DNA of 64,000 nucleotides, from the NCBI RefSeq assembly GCF_018350175.1, contig NC_058368.1, positions 37,016,001 through 37,080,000 of the forward strand, in the 5' to 3' direction. Within the stretch, counting starts at the first letter, position 1. Each line of letters begins with the position of its first letter. The translations under genes were made by a program, and so were the position numbers. Shown here piece by piece: positions 24,571-34,980 of the stretch. Source of the DNA: Felis catus. Its lineage: Eukaryota. A model generated the notes under the pieces. That model saw only the letters and a list, made by a program, of their open reading frames with translations, ran no database searches and was not told the DNA's origin.

Positions 24571-25604
24571 AGGAATAAGAGAAAGCAATCAGTAGGCCCT
24601 GAGGGGTTTTACAAAATTAGAATAGAAATACCTGCTCATTGAAGACACGTGAGGTTGTACACCCACTAACATACTAGAAACTTGCAGAGGCCAAAGATCT
24701 TAATCAAGAAAATTTTTTCAGGCAAGAACAATGTTATTTTTACCTTTCAGTCTCTGACAACACCTGGAATGGAGCTGTGTACCTAGTGGCAGGTCAGTAA
24801 TATCTGTTAAATTGAATTGCTTTGCATCATTTTACATGTTTTACTAATGTCATCCCTGAATCCATCAATTTTTGAAACACACTATTGGAACTTCTGCTGT
24901 TTTAAGAATTAAAAAGTCAAATAGTATGTGCTATCAAAACCAGTAAGCTTAGAGTAAACTTTACAACTTCAGATATTAGACTTTCTAGAAATGTTCCATC
25001 AGCTCTATGTGTGCCAAAAATTACTTAAAATACACACAAGCAAAAATCAACTCTATGACCATGGAGGCTCACCATTGAAGTTGGCATGACCAATTCTCAC
25101 CTTTATGGGAAAAGGACTTCAGTGAAGGGTGGTTGACAGGGAGTTAATCAATAGCTTCTTATTTGTGATCTGAAAGGAGGCCGCTATTTGAAGTGGACTT
25201 GGTTAATTTATCTTCTCATCGCCGTTACTCCAGTGAAAAATGATGAGTTATTTTGGTGTTCTTGAAGTACAAGTTCATGTAGTTTTGTCTGTTGGGGAAC
25301 ATGGAGAAGTCAGATAGAGTTAGTAAGTGGGAGGAGAGAGAGAGAGAGGCTTGAGTTTGAGATATTTTCCTTCTGGCAATGAGGTCTTTGGTAAATGATA
25401 CTTGTATATCTGGGGAATTTCAAAGTTCATTCATGGTTCCTCAGTTTAATTTAATCCATTTCCTGAATTAGAGACTTTTCCAATTTTGAAACTAATTTTG
25501 CCCCTTTGTCATACAGTTACATAGATCTCCGGTCTTTTCCTCAACATTCACTGGACCTCTAACAACTTGTTCAGTTTCTGTCTTCTTTTGTTTGTTTGTT
25601 TTCT

Positions 25605-25730
25605 TCTAGATTCTGAATTTCTTGAAGGCAGAGGTCATGCTATTTTCCTAGCTGCTGTATCCCCAGAGCCTCTTCCAGTATCTGATACATAGTATGTAGT
25701 CATTAAATGTTGAGTGGTTAAATGAATCAT
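25605..25730 (+). mobile_element. L2 3' end remnant
   Basis: CTTGAAGGCAGAG..GCTGTATCCCCAGAGCC..ACATAGTA..AAATGTTGAGTG. Confidence 0.7.
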
Positions 25731-26689
25731 TAGGATTAAATAAGAATATAGTAGATTACTTAGGTGAGCTCTATCTTGGAGATCTTCTTTTCATCTGTAA
25801 ATCTGACTTTGGCCTTTGTTGGTCTGTCTTTATAATGTTGGATTTTTAAATATATTTTGCAGACCAAGAGTTGGGAGTATTAGTAGCAGTTATTCAGTTC
25901 TGTGTTATATAAATCTTAAAAGTAACAAAAACTATTTTTTTCAAATGTCTATGGTATAGCAGTCACATACAAGTAGTTATAATAAATAAATTTGTAATAC
26001 ATACAATTTTTACATTTAACTTTTGTCTACATTATAAATTACTGTCAAAGCTAGCGTTCTAAAACTTGAAACATCTTTTTCATATTCCCAGCACTAGCAC
26101 TGATAGAACAAGAATAATCTTGTGTAAAGCAAACTCTCCAGGCAATTATAATGTATTAAGCTTTTACTAAACCCGTTTATAAATTCTTTAAAACAGGATT
26201 TTAAGCACAGATTTTCAAATCTCTGATCACATCGAAGAATAAATAATTTTTTGGCAATCATGGAGAGATTAGCTTTAAAAATATCTTATTTCAGGGTTTC
26301 TGCAACATTTTAAAATTTATTCTTAACACTTCCATAGTAACACCCTGTGTGAGTTTACACTAGATTCTTTTCAGGCTAGAAAAATCTTGGGAACAGAAAA
26401 TATTCTGTGGTTTAGGAATATGAAAGAGTTTCACAGTGTTGGCTTTTAGTTCTTGGGTAACTAATAGCCTTTTACATATTAAATGCCTGGGCTCTCCCTG
26501 CCACCATGGCTGCATGGGATATGTCTCTAGACCTTGCACTCCGCTTCTCAAAAGGGCAGTGGGGGAATTCATTCACCAGACAGGATTGAAGTGTTCCCCA
26601 CTTTACTTAACATATGTCTTCAGAGTCTCCAAGTTCCCCAGAATTTTATTGACAAATCTGGCAATAAAATTTTAATTATGAAGGAAGAA

Positions 26690-26880
26690 AACTAATTTTT
26701 ATTAATACTATGTGCTGGACCCTGTGTTACACATACTCAAATAGGTATTCCTTCTGATGTTTACAACTATAATATAGGTGTAAATGCACCTTTTCAGGAC
26801 AAGATGAGACTCAGAAAGATTTGTAACTTCCCTCTACAGTTCATAATCTTAGAAAAGTATTCAGTCCTCTTTTATCTTAC
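26690..26880 (-). mobile_element. MIR remnant
   Basis: TACTATGTGCTG..TTTTCAG..GAGACTCAGAAAG..GTAACTT. Confidence 0.55.
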
Positions 26881-27425
26881 TCCAAAAACACATTTTTTCC
26901 CTATACAACCTTCTTTATACAGCCTCAGAAATTATGCAGAAGAAGTTGATAAACTCTTACGTTGTTTTACTGAAAAGGATCGTAAATGACTACATTAAAG
27001 ATTTAGGAAATTTCCTAACCAGTATCCTTTTAAACATTAACTGCTTAAGAAGGTTGTGGAGTCTCTTCTCTGAGGCCCTTTGCAGCTTAAGCAAAAGATA
27101 TTCTCCTTTCTGTTCTCATTGCTTAATAAGAGAAAGTCATGAGCTTTGAGGATTAAAAAAATTTTTTTAATGTTTATTACTTCTTTTTTTATTTAAATTT
27201 TTAATTTACATTCAAATTAGTTAGCATATAGTGCAACAATGATTTCAGGAGTGGATTCCTCAATGCCACCTACCCACTTAGCCCATCCCCCCTCCCACAA
27301 CCTCTCTAGTAACCCTCTGTTTGTTCTCTACACTTAAGAGTCTCCCATGTTCTGCCCCCCTCCCTGTCCCTATATTATCTTTGCTTCCCTTCCCTTATGT
27401 TCATCTGTTCTGTGTATTAAAGTCC

Positions 27426-28042
27426 TCATATGAGTGAAGTCATATGATATTTGTCCTTCTCTGATGGACCAACTTCGCCTAGCATAATACCGTCTAGTTT
27501 CATCCCTGTTGTTGCAAATGGCAAGATTTCATTCTTTTTGATTGCCGAGTAATACTCCATTGTACATATATACCACTTCTTCTGTATCCATTCCTCCACT
27601 GATGGACATTTGGGCTCTTTCCATACTTTCACTATTGTTGATGGTGCTGCTATAAACATTGGGGTGCATGTGCCCCTTGGAAACAGCATACCTGTATCAC
27701 TTGGATAAATACCTAGTAGTGCCATTCTAGGTCGTAGGGTAGTTCTATTTTTAATTTTTTGAGGAACCTCCGTACTGTTTTCCAGAGTGACTGCACCAGC
27801 TTGCATTCCCACCAGTAATGCAAAAGAGATCCTCTTTCTCTGCATCCTCGCCAAAATCTGTTGTTGCCCAAGTTATTAATGTTAGCCATTCTGACAGGTG
27901 TGAGGTGGTATCTCATTGTGGTTTTGATTTGTATTTCCCTGATGATGAGTGATGTGGAGCATTTTTTCATGTGTCTATTGGCCATCGGTATGTCTTCTTT
28001 GGAAAATTGTCTATTCATGTCTTTTGCCCATTTCTTCACTGG

Positions 28043-28081
<39 letters not shown>

Positions 28082-31000
28082 TTGGGTGTTGAGATTGATA
28101 AGTTCTTTGTAGATTTTGGATACTAACCCTTTATCTGATATGTCATTTGCAAATAAATATCTTCTCCCATTCTGTAGGCTGCCTTTTAGTTTTGCTGATT
28201 GTTTCCATCACTGTGCAGAAGCTTCTTATTTTAATGAGGTCCCAATAGTTCATTTTTGCCTTTGTTTCCCTTGCCTCTGGAGACGTGTTGAGTAAGAAGT
28301 TGCTGCACCAAGATCAAAAAAGGTTTGGCCTGCTTTCTCCTTGAGGATTTTGATGGCTTCCTGTCTTTCATTGAGGTCTTTCATCCATTTTGAGTTTATT
28401 TTTGTGTATGGTGGAAGAAAGTGATGCAGGTTCATTCTTCTGCATGTTGCTGTCCAGTTTTCGCAGCACAACTTGCTGAAGAGACTGTCTTTATTCCATT
28501 GAATATTCTTTCCTGTCAAAGATTAGTTGGCCATACATTTGTAGATCCATGTCTGGGTTCTCTATTCTGTTCCATCTATCTGGATATCTGTTCTTGTGCC
28601 AGTACCATACTGTCTTGATGATTACAGCTTTGTAGTATAGCTTGAAGTCCATGATTGTGATGCCTCCTGCTTTGGTTTTCTTTTTAAAGATCACTTTAGC
28701 TATTCTGGGTCTTATCTGGTTCCATACAAATTTTAGGATTATTTGTTCTAGGTCTGTGAAGAATGCTGGTGTTATTTTGATAGGGATTGCATTGAATAAG
28801 TAGATTGCTTTGGGTAGTATCGACATTTTAACAGTATTTTCTCTTCCTATTCAGGAGCATGGAATCTTTGTCCATTTTTTTGTGTCTTCTTCAGTTTATT
28901 TCATAAGCTTTCTATAGTTTTCAGTGTATAGATTTTTCACCACTTTAGTTAGATTTATTTCTAGGTATTTTATGGTTTTTGGTGCAATTTTAAATGGGAT
29001 CGATTCCTTGATTTGTCTTTATGTTGCTTCATTGTTGGTGTATAGGAATGCAACAAATTTCTGTGCATTGATTTTATATCCTGCAACTTTGCTGAATTCA
29101 TGAATCAGTTCTAGCAGTTTTTTGGTGGAATCTTTTGGGTTTTCCATATAATGTATCATGTCATCTGCGAAGAGTGAAAGTTTGACCTCCTCCTGACCGA
29201 TTTGGATGCCTTTTATTTCTTTGTGTTGTCTGATTTCAGAGGCTAAGACTTCCAATACTATGTTGAATAACTGGTGAGAGTGGACATCCCTGTCTTTTTC
29301 CTCAGGACCTTAGGGGGAAAGCTCTCAGTTTTTCCCCATTGAGGATGATATTAGCATTCCGTCTTTCATATATGGCTTTTATGATTTTGAGGTATGATCC
29401 TTCTATCCCTACTTTCTTAAGGGTTTTTATCAAGAAAGGATGCTGTATTTTGTCAAATGCTTTCTCTGCATCTATTGAGAGTATTATATATTTCTTGTCC
29501 TTTCTTTTATTGATGAGATGAATTACATTGATTGTTTTGTGGATATTGAACCAGCCCTGCATCCTAGGTATAAATCCCACTAGGTCGTGGTGAATAATTT
29601 TTTTAATGTTTAAAAATTTTAATAATTTTTTTAATGGATCTGGTTGGCTAATATCTTGTTGAGGGATTTTGCATCCATATTCATCAGGGAAATTGGTCTG
29701 TAGTTCTCCTTTTTAGTGGGGTCTCTGTCTGGTTTTGGAATCAAGGTAATATTGGCTTCACAGAAAGAGTTTGGAAGTTTTCCTTCCATTTCTATTTTTT
29801 GGAACAGCTTCACGAGAATAGGTGTTAACTCTTCCTTAAATGTTTCGTAGAATTACCCCGGAAAGCCATCAGGCCCTGGCCTCTTGTTTTTTGGGAGATT
29901 TTTGATTACTAATTTGATTTCCTTACTGGTTATGGGTCTGTTCAAATTTTCTATTTCTTCCTGTTTCAGTTTTGGTAGTGTATATGTTTTTAGGAATTTG
30001 TCCATTTCTTCCAGATTGCCCATTTTATTGGCATAGAATTGCTCATAATATTCTCTTATTATTATTTCTGCTATGTTGGTTGTGATCTCTCCTCTTTCAT
30101 TCTTGATTTAATTATTTGAGTCCTTTCCTTTTTCTTTTTGGTCAGACTGGCTTGTGTTTAATCAATTTTGTTAATTCTTTCAAAAAACCAGCTTCTGGTT
30201 TCATTGATCTGTTCTACTATTTTTTTGTTGGTTTCAGTAGCATTAATTTCTGCTCTCATCTTCATTATTTCCTGTCTTCTGCTGGTTTGGGGTTTTATTT
30301 GCTGTTCTTTTTCCAGCTCTTTAAGGCATAAGGTTAGGTTGTGTATCTGAGGTCTTTCTTCCTTCTTTAGGAAGGCCTGGATTGCTATATACTTTCCTCT
30401 TATGACTGCCTTTGCTGCATCCCAGAGGTTTTGGGTTGTGGTGTTATCATTTTCACTGGCTTCCATGAACTTTTTAATTTCCTCTTTAACTCTTGGTTAA
30501 CCCATTCGTTCTTTAGTAGGATGTTAGTCACTAAGTTGTCTTTCCAAATTTTGTCGTGTGGTTGATTTCGAGTTTCATAGCGTTGTGGTCTGAAAATATG
30601 CACGGTATGATCTCGATCTTTTTGTACTTGTTGAGGGCTGATTTGTGTCCCAGCATGTGATCTATTCTGCAGAACATTCCGTGTGCACTGGAGAAGAATG
30701 TATATTCTGCTGCTTTAGGATGAGATGTTCTGAATATATCTGTTAAGTCCATCTGGTGCAGTGTGTCGTTCAAAGCCATTGTTTCCTTGTTGATTTTCTG
30801 TCTGTCTTTTGCTGTAAATGGGGTGTTGAAGTCCCCTATTATTATGGTATTATTATAAATAGTTTCTGTTTGTGATTAATTGATTTATATATTTGGGTTC
30901 TCCCATGTTTGGAGCATAAATGTTTACTATTTTTAGATCTTCTTGGTGGATAGACCCCTCAATTCTGATATAATGCCCTTCTTCATCTCTTGTTACAGTC

Positions 31001-31257
31001 TTTATTTTAAAATCTAGATTGTCTGATATAAATACGGCTACTCTGGCTTTCTTTTAGCGACCATTAGCATGACAGATGATTCTCCATTGCCTTACTTTCA
31101 ATCTGAAGGTTTCTTTAGGTCTAAAGTGGGTCTCTTGTAAACAGCATATAGATGGATCTTGTTTTCTTATCTATTCTGTTACCCTGTGTCTTTTGATGGG
31201 ATCATTTAGTCCATTGATGTTTAGAGTGAGTACTGAAAGATATGAATTTATTGCCAT
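27426..31257 (-). pseudogene. L1 ORF2 (EN/RT/C-terminal), inactivated by frameshifts and stops
   Basis: ATG at 31257 (MAINS...). Fragmented ORFs include 30531-30779, 30158-30466, 29302-29580, 29019-29255, 28491-28826, 27713-28039 and 27426-27854. Confidence 0.93.
28043..28081. repeat. (ATT)13 microsatellite within L1 ORF2
   Basis: Perfect run; absent from the duplicate copy at about 31445-31465. Confidence 0.98.
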
Positions 31258-33292
31258 TGTGTTGCCTGTAGAGTTGAAGTGTCTGGTGGTGTTCTCTGAC
31301 AGTTGTGAGGTGATATCTCATTGTGGTTTTCATTTGTATTTCCCTGATGATGAGTGATATTGAGCAGTTTTTCATGTGTCGGTTGGCCATCTGGATGTCT
31401 TCTTTGGAGAAGTGTCTATTTACATCTTTTTCCCATTTCTTCACTGGATTATTTGTTTTTTGGGTGTTGAGTTTGATAAGTTCTTTACAGATTTTGAATA
31501 CCAACCCTTTATCTGATATGCTGTTTACAAATATCTTTTTCCATTCGATCGGTTGCCTTTTAGTTTTGCTGATTGTTTCCTTCAGTGTGCAGAAGCTTTT
31601 TATTTTAATGAGCTCCCAATAGTTCATTTTTGCCTTTGTTTCCCTTGCCTCCGGAGACGTGTTGAGTAAGAAGTTGCTTCAGCCAAGATCAAAAAAAGTT
31701 TTGCCTGCTCTCTCCTCGAGGATTTTGATGGCTTCCTGTCTTACATTGAGGTCTTTCATCCATTTTGAGTTTATTTTTGTGTATGGTGTAAGAAAGTGGT
31801 CCAGGTTCATTCTTCTGCATGTCGCTGTCCAGTTTTGTCAACACCACTTGCTGAAGAAACTGTCTTTATTCCATTGAATATTCTTTCCTGCTTTGTCAAA
31901 GATTAGTTGGCCATATGTTTGTGGCCATACTTATGTCTCCCTTCTGTATTCTGTTCCATTGATCTGAGTGTCTTTTTTTGTGCCATGTTTATTATTTATT
32001 CTTGAGAGAAAGACAGAGCATGAGCAGGGGAGGGACAGAGAGAGAGGGTGACACAGAATCCCGAGCAGGCTCCAGGCTCTGAGCTTTCATCACAGAAACC
32101 AAAGTGGGGCTCAAACCCACAAACCATGGGATCATTTCCTGAGTCAAAGTCTGACATCTAACCAACTGAGCCACCCAGGTGCCCTGAGGATTTTTTTTTA
32201 AAGCAATGCTGTGTTTTTCCACCCTTGTTCATAGCTTTCTCCTTTGTTTCTTGTTACAACAAGAATCTGCTTGTGAGAGAGCTGCTCTAGATGTGCAGAC
32301 TACAATTTTGAGACTGTTTCTCTGTGCACACAGCAGATGTACAGGGGCCATCTAGGCTTCCACAAAACCATGCAGAACCTACCTGAGATCAGAATCATTC
32401 TTATTCTCAGTCACTAAAATATTATTTCCTCCTTTTTAATGTACCATCTTGTATTCCCATTTCAATGTCACTGAAATCACAGTAGTTACCATGAGAGGTA
32501 CCCTTTAAGTTTAGCTCATCTGACAACAGGACTTCTCAGCCAATAAGACTACATTGAAGTTAAGGTAAGTTAATTATGGTAGCAGATCTTCACTACAGTT
32601 TTGCCTGAACATAATGTATTAGTTCAGTCATGTTTGCTTCTCTTAAATGTAAATACTACACAAAAGCTGCTTTGAAGGTTGAAATTACATTAGGAAGTTT
32701 AATCAGCAGGTGTCGTATTTTAGGCCATTACCCTCTGATTAAATAGTAGTTGTCTGTGTTGTGACATGAAATTTATAACATTTTTGGCAAAATTGGAAAC
32801 ATATTGAATGAGTTGAACAAATTTGATGAGTTGAAGGTGATTAGTAACTTTTCAGACAAGTCCACTGAAATACTCAAATAACTCTGAGAATGAGAAACAC
32901 TCCCCCCTAGGAGGTATAATACATTTTACAATGTTCTGAAATTCTGTGGCCTTCAGATTGGCAGTCTGTAATTTCCAGCCAGGCATTAAGTGATGTACAT
33001 TTGGTGTGGACTATCATCTGCTAATTAATGCATTAGTGCCCTCTCTTTTGCCACCATCTGAAGGGATATCCCATTATGCTCTCATTAGCGCCAGTTCTGA
33101 CTTCACGATATATTTTATGGAGCAAAGACTGTAGCAGCGTAAAATTGCATTTTAATTTCAAAAATGTATTGGCCTTACTTGGTATATATAAATGATATTA
33201 TTGTAAATAGTAAAAAGTGTATATCTGTAATATTTTAAAAATATCAAATTAGTTTGCCTTCATCCCCGCTGTTTAATTAATAGTCAAATAGT

Positions 33293-34009
33293 TGATAGTG
33301 GCCAAGATAACCTTAAAGAGTTCCCTCCCCTCAGTTTGCCTAAACTTGGGACAGGTTTCTTTCTAACCTCCCTTTCATTGGAGCATTTACTTTGGAAAAC
33401 TTCGACTTGTAAATTCTTTCTCTGCCCCTTTGAGATATAAATCTTCTACAATCCAGGAATGCCTTTCTCAAGGACCTGGGAGCAGTCCTTTGCACATGGG
33501 ACCATTAGGAAAAACAGTGCCCCTGTCTTTCATTCTCTGTGGAAAGGTAGGAGCCTAACTCACTAAGTGCCAATTGGCAAGTACAGATGGCATAATCACA
33601 TGTGACTCCTAATGTCCTCTAGTACTTTTTAGCTAGCTCACCCCAGTGCTTCAAAACCCTTCTGTCTTGCAATGCCTGGGTGGCTCAGTTGATTAAGTAT
33701 TGGACTTTGGCTCAGGTCATGATCTCATGAGTTTGACTCCTGCCTTGGGCTCTGTGCTGACAGCTTAGAATGTGGATCCTGCTAAGGATTCTGTTTCCAT
33801 CTCTCTCTGCCCCTCCCCTCCTCATGTTCTGTCTCTCTCTGTCTCAAAAATAAATAAAACATTAAAAAATTAAACATTTCTGCCTTTTGTTTCAATGGAG
33901 TTGCATTCATTCTCTTTCTATTATAATAGTCTGTTTCCTCTGCTGCAATAATATCGAATAAAGTCTTCCTTGCTTTTTTGACTGGTCTGATGTAATTTTT
34001 CTCCTACCA
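33293..34009 (+). mobile_element. ERV1 solo LTR (MER67-like), interrupted by a SINE
   Basis: TG...CA termini; CTCTGCCCCTTTGAGAT..AAATCTTCTACAA..TCTCAAGGACCTGGGAGC; AATAAA at about 33957. Confidence 0.8.
33669..33871 (+). mobile_element. CanSINE inside LTR
   Basis: TGCCTGGGTGGCTCAG head; TSD AAAC(CC/AT)TTCTG(T/C)CTT on both sides. Confidence 0.94.
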
Positions 34010-34023
34010 TATATATATGTATG

Positions 34024-34101
<78 letters not shown>
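34009..34101. repeat. Compound (TA)n(TG)n microsatellite
   Basis: Directly visible. Confidence 0.98.
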
Positions 34102-34102
<1 letters not shown>

Positions 34103-34104
34103 CA

Positions 34105-34250
34105 CAAAGCCCTTAGGAAGTGTCAGGCATATTTCTAAGAGCCTTCATATGTTAATTAAGTTAAACTTATGAAAACCCTATGAGATAGGCACCATGATCA
34201 TTATCCCCACTTCATTTCATCACATTGAGGTGAAGAAATTTTCTCAGGGG
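34105..34250 (-). mobile_element. MIR remnant
   Basis: AAACCCTATGAGATAGG..ATTATCCCCACTT. Confidence 0.6.
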
Positions 34251-34382
34251 AGAGTGGGAAGGAAACAAAGACTTATTTTGTCCCTCACCTACTCTTAGCC
34301 CCTAGAGACAGTCAGTCCTAAAGGTCTAGTCATTCTTTTCTCTTTCAACTAATGCCGTCTATTAATTTTTTTGCAGATTCTG

Positions 34383-34980
34383 TCATTCCTTCACTTGGTC
34401 AATATATACGTATTGACTTACTCTGTGTACCAGGGTTGGGATAAGATATCAGATAAGACAGACATGTTTCCTTATCTCATAGAACTTATTAAGGACAAGG
34501 ACAAGGACAAGGACAAGTAAGCAAGCAATCTGAGTGCCTTTTGAGAAGGTGTAAGTGCAGTTCTGCAGCATGTAGTCTGGGCATCAACATATACTCAGTG
34601 AGTCCGGGAGATCCTTCCAGGGGAAGTGACCCCTGTGCTGAGAGAAGAAGGAGATGGGGTAAGTAAGTATTCTAAGCTGAGAAAATGTCATATTCAAAGA
34701 AAATATCACATTCAGTGCCTACAGGCAAGAGAAAATTGGGGATATAAAGGGAATTAAAACAATAATATATTACTAAAACAGATTACAGGTACAGAGAACT
34801 GAGGATAGTGACAAAGGAGAGAGTAAAGGTGCCACAGTAAGTGAAGGTACTTTTATGACAGAAAATGTAAAGTCATAGTAGGAATTTGTGGCTTGAATAT
34901 TGGAGCAATAGGGAGAGATTTAAACAATTTTTTGTGAGCAGATCAAGAGCATATTTGTAATGTTTGAAAACTCTGTAAGT
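34383..34980 (-). mobile_element. L2 remnant with (AAGGAC)4 at 34491-34517
   Basis: TCATTCCTTCA..TATTGA..TACTCTGTG; CTTCCAGGGGAAGTGAC..GCTGAGA. Confidence 0.6.

Larger units (their letters stand above)
27183..31984 (-). mobile_element. Felid-type L1, 5'-truncated and rearranged (ORF2 3'-region duplicate + spacer + complete but broken ORF2 + 3'UTR)
   Basis: ORF-track fragments cover EN (SDHNAMKLEI), RT (LSLFADDMI) and the C-terminal domain ([14 protein letters not shown]). TSD ATGTTTATTA(C/T)TT at 27170-27182 and 31985-31997. Confidence 0.96.
27155..32184 (-). mobile_element. CanSINE split by an L1: tail at 27155-27182, body at 31985-32184
   Basis: SINE TSD TGAGGATT at 27147-27154 and 32185-32192. 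Removing the L1 restores TTTTTTTAATGTTTATTATTTATTCTTGAGAGA. Confidence 0.9.
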
